From positions 351,044,001 through 351,108,000 of the forward strand of contig OZ024743.1 of the NCBI GenBank assembly GCA_964016885.1: a stretch of 64,000 nucleotides of DNA, in the 5' to 3' direction. The notes under the pieces were generated by a model. That model was not told the origin of the DNA. It did not search any database and saw only the letters and a list, made by a program, of their open reading frames with translations. The translations under genes and the position numbers were made by a program. Of the stretch, positions 26,987 through 39,724 are shown one piece after another. Each line of letters opens with the position of its first letter. The stretch's first letter is position 1. This DNA comes from Eledone cirrhosa. Lineage: Eukaryota.

Positions 26987-29022
26987 GGCGGGTAAAGTTC
27001 CCGAGACGCGTGGACGAGTTCTCTCCAGCGGCCTCTGTCCCTCATTATCGCTGCCATGTCCTGTGTCTCCAACAGACCAGTGTCTGTCCTTAGGGCATCA
27101 ACATACGTTAACCTTGGTCTTCCTATTCCAGTGTGTCCATGTAGGGGCTCCCACAGGAGCACTGAGTGCAATGTCAACTCTGGATGTCGGTGAGCATGTC
27201 CAGCTAACTTCAGTCTCCTCTGTGTCACTTTTGAGTTGACTTTTGGGAGGCTCCCATACAGCTCTGAGTTTTTCATCCTCAGTGTATACTGATTAATTTT
27301 CAGAGCCATCCTCAGCATTCTCATGTAGCACCCATCCACCATCTGAGTGAGTTTATTGATCAGTGTCCAAGTCTCAGGCCCGTACAGCAGCACAGACTCC
27401 ACTACAGCAATGAAGAGGCGGATTTTCAGGTCTTTACGAAGGTCCGACTTCCACACTGATCTCAAGCTGTGGCACGCCGCCCAGGCTTTGCTCTTCCTCT
27501 CAACCACATCATCTTCCGTATTCCCAATTTTTGCTCCCAAATACAGGAAGTCCTCAACCAATTCTAGCGACTTCCCGCCTACATTAGTGATCCCCTTTGG
27601 CTTCTCAACATTCTCTACCAGATATGTTATTTTAGTCTCATTCATTCTCAGCCCCACACTCATCGACACAGTCTCAACCTCCTGCATCAAATCCTCTGCC
27701 TCCTTCACTGTATTTGTCACCAAAACTATGTCGTCGGCAAATTCAGTATCCGATATCTTGTTCGCCTTAACTCTCCTGCTCTGAGCCGGTGCTACAGTAA
27801 AGCCAGAGTCCTGGTGTTTCTCCAGTGCAAGGCGCATACAATAGTCCACTACGATGATAAAAAGGTAGAGAGCCAATGTATCTCCCTGGAGCACTCCAGC
27901 CAGTATCTCAAAGAACTCTGTCATCCCATCGGGTGTAATGACTTGGGCTTTGGTGTTGGTGTTGAGCAGTGATATCAGGTCCACTATCTTCTTGGGGATT
28001 CCATAAGCCTGTAAGATCTTCATCAGGCAATGACGGTCCACAGAATCAAACGCCTTCCTAAAGTCAATGAAAACCATGACCGCAGGAAGGCACTTTGCTC
28101 TAGCTCCCTCTAATATCCTCCTCAGCATCAGGATGTGACTGAAGAAAGAGCAAGGCTCAGCCCTGGAGAGCAATCTATGACTGGGGAGCTTTCAAGGAAG
28201 ATGATAAGCTACAGGAGAGGTTCACAGTGGAAGTGAGGAACAGGTTCAGTGCTCTGTGTGGAGAGGCAGAGGAGAGAGAGATTGGATGGACTGAGGAGAG
28301 TGTGACGAGGATGTACGGGCACTTCACCAATACAGTGGCGGAAGCAAGTGAGACCCTGGTGCCGAGGAGAAAGAACAAAAGGAAGCACGTCAGCTCTGCA
28401 GACCCAAAAGTGTGTGCAGCCAGAGAACACCTGAAAGCTGCCAAGGACCAATTCTATGCTGATCCTACAGAGGAGAGGGTGGAGACTGTGGAGGTGATGA
28501 GGGAAGAACTCTGTACCGCTTACACTGAGGCCAGAGAGGAGGCACTGATAGAGAAGATCAGAAGTGTGGAGAGAGAGGTTGACAGGTCTGGATGTAAGGA
28601 TCATCAATGAGATCACAGAGAGGAAGAGAAGGTGTTCGAGTCATATCCAGGGAACAGGGCCCGAGGATAGAAAGAGGAAATGGCTAGACCATTTTAGGAC
28701 ACTACTAGGAGGGCCGCCCTCCACAGCCCAGAGCACTGGGGAGATCAGGCGGCTGTTTGAAGAGCTGGATATTGAGACAGAGCTCTTCACCAGAGAGGAG
28801 CTTCAGAGAGCCAAGAAGAAGATGAAGGAGGGCAAGGCTCATGGAGAAGATGGAGTGGCATCAGAGGGGATGAAGAGGTGTGATTTTGATGATATCATCC
28901 TGGGGTTCTGTAACCAGGCACTGGAGAAAGGAGTTGCCCCGAATCAGTGGAGGATCAGTAACACCGACCCAGTGTCAAAGAAGGGAGATCTCTCTAACAC
29001 CAACAACTACAGGGGGGTCTCA

Positions 29023-29026
<4 letters not shown>
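26981..29026 (-). mobile_element. RTE-clade LINE, 5'-truncated with a 5' inversion
   Basis: Minus 28140-26985: FIDFRKAFDSV, GVLQGDTLA, FADD, FLYLG, VESVLLYG, GRPRLTY. Plus 28141-29026: upstream ORF part YDWGAF..EVRNRFSAL..KKGDLSNTNNYRGVSL. (TA)n on both sides. Confidence 0.93.
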
Positions 29027-29066
<40 letters not shown>

Positions 29067-29082
29067 AACATACATACATACA

Positions 29083-29650
29083 TGGTGGCTGCCAACTCGT
29101 TTTCGAGTACGGCCACTACTTTATATCCATGTAGGAGAACCCCTATCGATGCGCTGAACGAGTGTGACTTTTTAGTCCAGCCACTTGAAAACTCTGGTAC
29201 AAACACTACACTTGTGACAATTATTGACACATAGTGCTGGGCCCATGGTACCATGTGACGACAAGTGCAGAGAGATCTCCAGATATAAAGCAATACCTGT
29301 GCCGTGAAGCTTTTATAGTGAGCAAAGGCACTGCACAAAGCCAGTCCCACTCTCTTAACCAAGATGATATTTACCAAAAAGAAGAACAAGTCAACATCAT
29401 TGGATACCATCAGGGTTGCAGGTGTTATATCAGAGTTTTCCTTCTCCTAGAATTCTGCCTTGACAAAGGCTAAGGGGTCATCTCTCACGGTGATTTTGGA
29501 TGGCCATTGACTCTTAAGAGCTCCTTTGCCCTCTGACAGGTTTTGTTTAGTTCTGCAGGATGTCCAAAGTCACCCTCCTCACCAAGAAACCTTGGTGGGG
29601 TTGCCAGTTTAGTCGCCAACGACCCGACCATGAGACAGGTTGTACTGGGA
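29083..29650 (+). mobile_element. Structured (CATA)n-inserted element, subfamily A
   Basis: Starts tggtggctgccaactcg right after (CATA)n; ends ctggga-TACAT in (CATA)n. Confidence 0.9.
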
Positions 29651-29747
29651 TACATACATACAAAACATACATACATACATACATACATACATACATACAT
29701 ACATACATACATACATACATACATACATACATACATACATACATACA

Positions 29748-30135
29748 TTGAAAACGTGTTCTGTTGTGGAGATCAGCTGCCCACATGATGTAAACGTTGT
29801 CAGAAAAATACAGGAGAAGGAGGACATCTACGGACCATTGATGAGGAGTTTACAAATCCAGTATCCAAGATACACCTTTAGCTTCATGCCCATCATTATT
29901 GGAGCTACGGGTTATATACCAACCCGCTTGGACCAAAGTATGACTGAACTTGGATTTGCGGACAAAGAGCTCAGCTCCCTAATTCATAGTCTACAAATGG
30001 CTGCGATAGCTGACACCTTCAAAATTTGCAAAACATTCTTGCGATTCAAGGGATGACAATTTCTTTTCTTTTACAACCTTGCACCAGGAAGGTAGCCTGT
30101 CAAAAAATATACTCGAAATTAAGAGAAAGAGATAA
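29748..30135 (+). mobile_element. R4/Dong-type RLE non-LTR retrotransposon, 3' fragment
   Basis: TCSVVEISCPHD..KIQEKEDIYGPL..MPIIIGATGY (restriction-like endonuclease end) plus short 3' UTR, with (CATA)n on both sides. Confidence 0.85.
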
Positions 30136-30169
30136 CATACATACATACATACATACATACATACATACA

Positions 30170-30200
<31 letters not shown>

Positions 30201-30318
30201 GTGTTGTATGTACACGCGTGCGTGTGGGGCATAGTTATATCACGTCTACTATTTTTATCATATAATCAACAGTAAATTATATGATATCTTTTTATATTAT
30301 ATATATTGTATTTGATAA

Positions 30319-31175
30319 TCTATATATATAAAACTGTGGTTGTCTGTCTGTCTATCGATTTTTGGCACACATCTCCTCTTAGAATCTCTCACGGAATTGC
30401 ACCGAAATTGCTATACTTGTACATTGAGCCCTAGCGAAGACATCGGAAAAAAAAATATATCAAATTGACCCACTCTATGTGACGAAATCGAATATAATGT
30501 ATCGATTTTTGAGCGTAAGTGATCAGTTATTTCCCTTTGTTCTGTTTACATTGAGCGTCTGCGTGCAAAAATTAAAAAAATTACGCTGGCTTTCTCAGCG
30601 TTTAAAATGACATTAACACAATACACGATTTAAAGACTACGTAAAACAAGCCTTTTAAAACAATATTTTTACTTGAAAACAAGTCTATTTAAAAACTACT
30701 TAAAACAAGCAAATATTTCGTAAAAAAAAGCAAAAATTATATAAGTTTATATAAAATATATGTATCTGTAAATTTCGTTAGGCGTGCAGACAGACAGTCG
30801 TGCAGAGAGGTGATATAGGCGTGCAGACAGACAGTCGTGCAGAGAGGTGATATAGGCGTGCAGACAGACATAACTGATAATTTGGTTACGCTAATGTTTT
30901 TCTCTGCGTTGCAGTGTTTACATTTTCGATCTTTGTTAATAAATAACCAGTGCAGTTTCTATCCCCAGCATCCTCTTTTGTTATAACATTCGGGTTATCG
31001 TTATGTTTTCTTAACTTCATAAGGCATATTGTTGGTTGAGGGAATATTAATCAAAAACACCACATGCAAGTCTGCACAGTAGACACTACAGTTTTTAAGC
31101 CAAAAAAGAAACTTAACATTGTAACTTTAACACAGCTACTGAGCGACCCCGAGCAACGCCGGGTTTTACTGCTAG
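30319..31175 (+). mobile_element. Non-autonomous Helitron
   Basis: A|TCtatatatataaaac start; subterminal hairpin cccgagcaacgccggg; CTAG|T end; internal 37-bp tandem repeat at 30779-30870. Confidence 0.8.
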
Positions 31176-31394
31176 TGATTTATATAATACTAGTTATTCC
31201 GTTTTCTGAGTTTTCATATTTCTATATTGATGCATAAAATCATAAATATTCATTATGGTAAAATTCATGATTATATCTTCGATTTCATTTCATAACTAAG
31301 GTTGTTTCAAGCCGAACACTCGAATTTGTTTCACTTTGCTAAATATTTTGATTATGTCTTCTAATCTGTTCTATAGTTGAGGGTACTTGTGTTG

Positions 31395-31705
31395 TGTTGG
31401 ACATACATCGGCTCCGACGACAATTGTTCTAGTTGATTTGATCAATGGAAGAGCCCACTCGTGAAGTTAATGTGTAAGTGACACATACACATGTACCCTT
31501 AACGTAGTTCTCAGGGAGATTTAGCATGACATAGGCTGTGACAATCATGGCCATTTAAATTTACAGGTATAAGTGATTTTTACCAGCTGTGTGAACTGGA
31601 GCAAAGTGAACTATGTCTTGTTCAAGGACACAACACACCACCGGGAATCGAACCCATGACCTTACATTCATAGACGGAACATGCATACCCACTTCGCCAT
31701 GCACC
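31395..31705 (-). mobile_element. tRNA-derived SINE, second family
   Basis: Minus strand GGTTCGATTCCCGG B-box followed by tgttgtgtccttgaacaagaca core, as in the 57637 copy. Related remnants at 39230-39400 and 34590-34710. Confidence 0.7.
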
Positions 31706-32409
31706 TTCACTAAAGGTTTTTGTAGCTTAACTATCGAACTTTTTTCATCATGATTTCGATTCGACATTATAGTCGCTATTTGGAAACATAAAAACAGCAT
31801 TCTTTGTATATATGTTGCAAATATTTATGACTTAGATTAGTTCTGCATCCTAAATGTGACAATCTCGTCTTTTTTTTTTTTCGTATATCTAGGACTACTT
31901 TGTCCAACATGTCCTTCATTTTTTTACGGTAGGATGTGATCTGAGGGAAACATGCCTGCTAATTGAAGAACGTCGAGCCACCTTCATACAATCATTTATG
32001 TGTATATGTATGCATATGTGCATCTATGTATCTCGCTTCCATTAGGCTCTGTACTTCTAATTGATATTTAGGGACACGATCATGATATATGTTGTCCATT
32101 TTGAACCTGTGGAGTCAATCCTTCTCCAGGTCTAAAGCAACCAATTTCTTCCAGAGAGAATGAAAGATAGAAAGGAAGTGTAACAGAAGAATCGACTCGT
32201 ACTGGACTGCTAGTAAATTTATTCACCTCACGAAATGATTAAAAGTGCAGTTGACCTTGGAGATGTATGAACTGAGAGAGCAGAGAGCTCGAACGAAAAC
32301 GGCAAGGTTCCAATCTACCAGTTTGCCGCCTTATATATGTCTATATATGTGGAGGAAATTTTGCATATATGTATGTATTTATGTATTTATGAATATATAT
32401 ATATATATA

Positions 32410-32447
<38 letters not shown>

Positions 32448-32501
32448 TATATATATATATATATTCATAAATACATAAATACATACATATATATATATAT
32501 A

Positions 32502-32714
32502 TAGTTTTAATATAGAAGAGATTCTACAGGACTAGAACTGATTCTACAGGACTAGAACTGTTTCATTCATTAGAAATCATCAAGAATCTGATGATTTCTA
32601 ATGAATGAAACAGTTCTAGTCCTGTAGAATCTCTTCTATATTAAAACTGTTATACTCTGCTATGTATTGAGTACCTTACTTACTGTGGTTACCTCCGATT
32701 CAACCCGGAATAAC

Positions 32715-32716
<2 letters not shown>
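32502..32716 (+). mobile_element. Fold-back pLTR with hammerhead core (32588-32631); same family as 18726
   Basis: Inverted arms meet at ...aaatcatca-agaat-CTGATGA; GAAACAG-ttctagtc-CTGTA; ~20-nt duplication in the left arm; ttgagtacct ~45 nt before (TA)n. Confidence 0.78.
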
Positions 32717-32774
<58 letters not shown>

Positions 32775-32777
<3 letters not shown>

Positions 32778-33283
32778 AAAGTTTTATTTAAAATTGTTGG
32801 GTTACAACAAGTAAATATTTTACAACTGATATAAAGCACTCAACAAGTTTTGGAGTAGATATACGATATTAAACAAATGGAAACTATATTTATAAAACCA
32901 TATTTATTTCATTATACATATTTCAGGGATACCATATTAAAAATATGGCATGCCTTCTTCAGATAAAATATATAAGTAGTTTTATAAATAAATTTGACGT
33001 ACCATAAATATTGATCAACTTCCATGTAAGAAGTTGGTTTGGTAGTGAGATGTTTATAAATATTTAGTGTTAAGCACAGTTAGAAAGAAAGACGGAGAAA
33101 AGGAAGAATATATTGTATTGTATATATATATTGTATATATATTGTATTGTATATATATATATTGTATATATTGTATTTTATCTGAAGAAGGCATGCCATA
33201 TTTTTAATATGGTATCCCTGAAATATGTATAATGAAATAAATATGGTTTTATAAATATAGTTTCCATTTGTTTAATATCGTAT
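32775..33283. mobile_element. pLTR with ~110-bp inverted arms (32862-32970 / 33174-33283) containing a degenerate hammerhead
   Basis: CTGAAGA 33182, long stem II agg..tgccatatt/aatatggta..cct, GAAA-tat-GTA. Stem I pairs poorly. Confidence 0.6.
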
Positions 33284-33295
33284 ATATATATATAT

Positions 33296-33417
33296 ATATT
33301 TATTAAAATAACAGATTAAAGTTTAAGCAAAGAATCGCAAGTTTAAGCAAAGATCCCGTTAAGGGTGAAAGCAGCGATTCTTTGCTTAAACTTTAATCTG
33401 TTATTTTAATAAATATT
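33296..33417. repeat. Fold-back palindrome whose centre holds a hammerhead remnant (aga-t-ccc gttaa ggg-t-GAAA)
   Basis: Arms atttattaaaataacagattaaagtttaagcaaagaatcgc and its reverse complement; aagtttaagcaaaga is duplicated at the junction. Confidence 0.6.
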
Positions 33418-33500
33418 TGCTCTACGATTCTTATATATTTGATATATATTTATCCTTATCGATCCCTCTTTGGAATTTAGTCTTCAAATTTATTATTATT

Positions 33501-33585
<85 letters not shown>

Positions 33586-34134
33586 ATGTGTGCGTATATG
33601 TGTATGTGTATAGATGGTATGGTATAGTCTCGTCACTCCTAATGACTCCTAGGGGCGCCGTAGTGACATACGGCGTTTCTCGAGCATTTTAAGCCTGGCG
33701 GAGCCCATGCCTCTCCAAGCTTGAACACAGTAAATTTCATCCAGAGAAGGATAAAACGTGAGAAGGGGATATACAGGAAGAATCGACCCCAGTACTAAAC
33801 TGGTACTATTTTATCGACCTTGAATCGATGAAAGGCAAAGTGCTAGCACTCATGTTCAGCTAAGTGCATTGGAGAAGCATAGGATGAAGTGTTTTGCACA
33901 AGAACACAACGAACCATAGTATGACCGTAAGCCAACACCTTATCCATTAATTAGGCAACGCGCATCATATATATATAAGATAACAAGATATCGTTTAAGG
34001 TAATCCAGCTAGAGGTTATGAGTACTCTGTATCGAGGATAGTTTTAACATTCGGCGTTGTTTGACTCAACAAGAAGTTTCCTTAGTCGGGTGGCCGGTTT
34101 AAGAAAGTTCCTAGGCAGGCGATTCTTGGAGTAA

Positions 34135-34531
<397 letters not shown>

Positions 34532-37500
34532 TGTGTGTGTGTACGTCCGTGTGTGTTTGTGTGTGTCTGTGTATCCACTTGTCTCCTACAGGCTGTTAGA
34601 CTCGTGTGAGCAACCTACGTAGAGAATTGGCTGTGTATTCCATACATGTATACCCTTAATGTAATTCTGGAATGGATTCAGTGAAACAAAGCTGCAAATT
34701 ACAGGTACATTCCATTCGATGGGCTTCTATACTGTTTGATCCAACCCAATTTCATTCATAAAACTTAAGTGTGTGTGTGTGTGCAGGTATAGTACTTAGT
34801 AAAGCCAAGTCAACTTTAGACAAATGCTGTTTTAAACTGAATTGATAAAAATGGTAAATTTGCGCGTGCTTCGTTTGGTTATATATTTAGTCTCTATGTA
34901 ATATGCTAACTGCTTTCTTGTACCTGCTAATGCTTCTTAAAAATGTTTCCACTCCTGCAAATCTAATAACAAATTTTATTCTAACTATGTTACAAAAATT
35001 AATAACAACATTGTAAATAAATAAATAATAGATAAGTAATGCCTGGTACATAAACCTACTTAATACCACATATTGTATAATTTTCCACTCCTGTGATGTC
35101 ACACAACAGATATCACTCTAACTTAAAAGAAAAATAACTAAACACATTATAAATAGTAATGACATAGGAATTGTACCTCAACCTATAGTTTTGCACGATC
35201 AAAAAACTATGTACAAAATGTTTTCTTTTTAATTTAATTGCCTGCTCTACGCTCCCTGTTTTGATATTGTGTTTATTCTTGAGACTATTTGAAATTGGTA
35301 ACCTTTATTCGTTCTCACATTTTCCTGGGGATGTACGAGTTACAGGTACTATGTATAGTGTTGATAACCGAATTTCCTAATGGGAAAACGTTTTTTTATT
35401 CGTTTTATCAACAAAATACTTCGAGATATTTGAACATCCACTCCATTAACTTACAGTAAAAAGTAGGAGTGGGTTAAAATTGTAATATTTATTTGCTTTG
35501 CAAGATGGCTGCTTTGGAAGTGGCAGGAAGACGTGCTCGTCACAGTGGGGATAGCAATAGCATCAATAATGTAAATATCTCTCCCCTCCTCAAACATGAA
35601 AATATATTATAAAAAAGACACTATGAAAATTAAGTAAATAGACAGAACTTACAATTACGGAATAGAAAACACAAACAGGAATGGCGTTGAAAACATTAAT
35701 TTAAATGGAAAAAAATAAGATAGTATAAACAGTACAAATGACAGCAGCCATATTTGATCTTCCTGATATGAACAAGGTTAAGGAAAGGGTGCAGGTATTG
35801 ACGATATATGTCGTGAAAGACTCCCTTTTTCCCAGAGAAATGTAGAAGAAGGTAAGGAGAATGGTGACAAACTTCTTCTGTATAAAAACGTGGGGCTTTT
35901 TCCCATATACCCTAAAAAAAAAAAATTGTTAGAAAGTGCTCTAACGATGTGTAACAGAATAGGTTGTTGCTTAGACCGAAGAAGAACATAGAGACATGTG
36001 AGTCTTGTGTTTAAAACCGATGATAAGAAAAGACAGTAAGCACAAATCGGACGCTATACGAATATATTTGTCAAAAGCCTTGATCATCAGAAATAGTTAT
36101 ATTAATAGTGGAGGTTATCATTATCTTACAGATAGCAGTGAATGATGTAAATATAGTAGTAGTAGTAGTAGTAGTAGTAGTAAGAGTAGTAGTAGTCGTA
36201 GTTGTTGTTGTTGGTGGTGGTGGTGGTGGTTTCATCAGCAGCAGTGGTATTTCATGTGACCGACAGAAACTAGTCGAACCAGTTAAATTAGTTGTTGGTC
36301 ACTGATTGGACTAAGAATATTGATTTATAATATTGGCTTGGGTACTATTGAACGGGAATGACAGTGATATAACTACAAGCAATAGGTCAACAGTCATACG
36401 AAGGCACGAATGCGGCTCAATTGTCCAGGTTTTTTTGATTTTTTGTTGTCTTTTTTTTTGGTAAACCTTAATGCAACTCAGATCAACGAGGAAACCTCTT
36501 TGTGCCGGCTCGACCTGTTATATATAATAGTAAAACATTCCCCTCAACAGATGATATCCTACCATGTGAGATAAAAAGGCATTAGATAATGTATTCTATA
36601 CACACTACATTTGTAATAGCAACTCCCCCAACAGCCCTAATTTTTATAGACATTAAATGAAACAAAAATTCATATAAATGAAAATATATAATTATTTTAT
36701 CAAAAGTTATTAAAAAGCAGCTTATCTCACGGAACAGAAGAATGTTTTTGCAAATACCGCATTTGGTATCAATAGTCATATGGGAGGTCAACATTGTTAT
36801 AGAGTCAGTCCAAACTATTGGACAATGGACACCCGGTCTATTGAAAGGCCATGGTCCAATGGTCACTCAGTCTACAATAACGATTAAAGGTCATGTGAAT
36901 CTGATTTACAGGTCAATAATCATATGATCCAAGATTTTTTGTCAGCAACCATATATATCTAACCTACTGGTCAATTGAACGTTGAGAGTAATGATAATAC
37001 AATTCTTGTCTAAACTGTAGATCACCAGTAGTAGTATCGTCCCTTAAGTAAATAAGCCGGGTCCTTGTTTAAATTATCTAACATCACAACTAAAATAGTT
37101 CTGTTCAGTGACACTGTCAGGTCTCTGCCTAAAATATTGACAATGCTGTTCAATATTGCGACACAGTGGGGCTCCTGTTTAAAATATAGAGCAAATATAG
37201 AGATATTATTGTCCAATCTAGAGATTAGCTATATAGCAAGGGTGATCAAACTCTCCGGAATTTGACAAGTTATTAATAAAATATAGTTTGTTCTATAGTT
37301 TGTATACTTACAGGTAGTATGTGATAAGTAAAGGGACAGAGAGAAAGTGACAAATATAATGTGAAATAGATAATTAGAAAAATATATTGACATACATACA
37401 GGCATATACATACACACAGAGCAATAGATATTTATATTTATGCGACTATTCTTTCATCACGTCGGCCCTAACATTTAATACATCAAATTTCTCTCGACAA

Positions 37501-38278
37501 ACACTGACTTTCAGAATCTTCTTTAATCATTTTCTACTCTCTTTATCTCTTTTGCTCTTTCTCTGTTTTTCACTTCCCTTTCTTTTTCTCTCTCTATAAT
37601 TCCATAACTCACACTCACAAATATATATACACATATATATTTCTATTGACGCATCTTTTCACACGGCGTATCCCTTCATTCACCACCTGAAAATATAGAT
37701 AAGTATTTTCCGTTCACAAATGTTTGCCTGCGCGCTCCATTATTACCGGGCGCCATTTTGATTCCCAGATAACAGTTGTCGATAATTGAAGTTATACACT
37801 TTACTTCCAACTAGAAAAAATATAGATTTAGTTGTTTGTGTGAGCACATGTGTAATGTGTGTATGTAGTTTTGGCTGCAAATATGTGTCTGTTTGTGTTT
37901 ATGTGTATATGCGTGTTAATCAGACTTGTGAGTTTAATTGTATGCGTACTTGTATGTATACGGAATTATTTGATACTATGTTCTATTACGTATGCATTTA
38001 AGACTGGAGGAATGCGTTTATGTGTATAATTTTGTATGAGTGTATACTTTGGTACGTGTGTATAATTTATAATATATGTTAGTGAATATGTGTTTCTTTT
38101 TATATATGTACATTAAAACGTATGGATGTGTTTGTATATTACTATTTCTGCTTGGTTTCTTGTGAACATCTGTGTGTGTGTGTATGTGTGTGTGTGTGTG
38201 TATGTGTATTTATGTCCTTGCAAGATTGTATATGGTTCATAGTATACCTAACGATATAAGCCATATTATATATATAAG

Positions 38279-38312
<34 letters not shown>

Positions 38313-38359
38313 TATATCCATATACTGTACCGATTGTGTTGTTATTTTTGTTTACCTTT

Positions 38360-38458
<99 letters not shown>

Positions 38459-38796
38459 GGGTGTATTTAAATTTTTTTCTGTACTTGTTTTCAAGAGAAT
38501 GTTTAAGAATCAATTTGATGGTTTCCCAAGAATTTCCCTCAGAGCTTCTTGATATTATTGATATATGATCAATATCTAGAGCTTCTAAATTAATGCTATG
38601 CTCCCACAACCAAATTTTTTAGATGACTGGTACACCTTTAATGAGGTGTTTTGCAATGCTTTTACAACCAGGTGGCGTCAATACTCTTTCTAGATCAATA
38701 AAACAGATTTCGTGTGATTTGGTCCCGTAATTTCCATTTAATACTATCTTCCTTTGGATATAACTTTCTGCAATGAAGATATGAGGGACTAAGTTT

Positions 38797-38847
<51 letters not shown>

Positions 38848-38979
38848 AACACACACACAGGGGCCCATGCTCACATGCATATATGTGTATGTGTGTGCTT
38901 GTGTGTTGCGTATAATTTGGTCCTCAAGGCTAACGGAACGTTCGTACCTGATATGGCGCCGTTTTAGTAACTGGTCTTA

Positions 38980-39200
38980 ATAATGGTTTCTGATATAGGC
39001 ACAAGGCTAGGAATTTTGGGGGAGGGGGGGGGTCGATTAAATCGCCCCCACTACGTTACTGGTACTTTATTTTATCGACCCCGTAAGGATGAAAGGTAAA
39101 GTTAACCTCAGCGGGATTTGAACTCAGATCATAAAGGGTCGTAACCCTATGCTACAAACTATAGCGTCCGACCCTTTACAGATACTGCCAATCCACCGCC
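38980..39200 (-). mobile_element. tRNA-derived SINE (Deu/Nin-like domain)
   Basis: Reverse complement of the 9538 family head and core. Confidence 0.85.
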
Positions 39201-39593
39201 CTTAACTGACTTTAATAATGATATGCATCCATAACGTAGTTCTCAGTGTGTAACAAGGCTGACCCTTTGAATTACATGTAGAAATGATATTTGCTAGCTG
39301 AGTAAATCGAAACAACGAAAAATAAAGTGTCTCAACTCACCGCCAAGAATCGAACTCACAATTAACTTTACGATTGTAGGCCGAACACCACCAAGTCCCG
39401 TGCTTTCACTTTTGTCCCCAAATACTTGATCTCTTGTCTCCACGTTGCACGTCTCCACGTTTTTTAAACCTTAGTAAACCGTTTCATGTGGGCTCGAATT
39501 TCAATCAAGCAAACTTTTATAGTTAGATAAAAACATTGTTTATAACATATATTCAGACCCGCGAGCACGCACTCACACAGCCCCTTTCACTCG

Positions 39594-39682
<89 letters not shown>

Positions 39683-39724
39683 ATGCGAGTGAATATATGT
39701 GTGTGCGAGTATATATATATATAT

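Noticed and set aside
29234-29473. Recurrent 79-aa ORF MLGPWYHVTTSAERSPDIKQ in several copies
   Set aside because: Starts at a non-ATG codon, is shared only because subfamily A copies are similar, and is not conserved in subfamilies B or C.
31893-31928. Apparent 36-nt exon (tag|GACTAC...TACG|gtagga)
   Set aside because: The donor side runs into a degenerate dispersed repeat resembling 8165-8225 and 62260-62305, so the splice signals are likely fortuitous.
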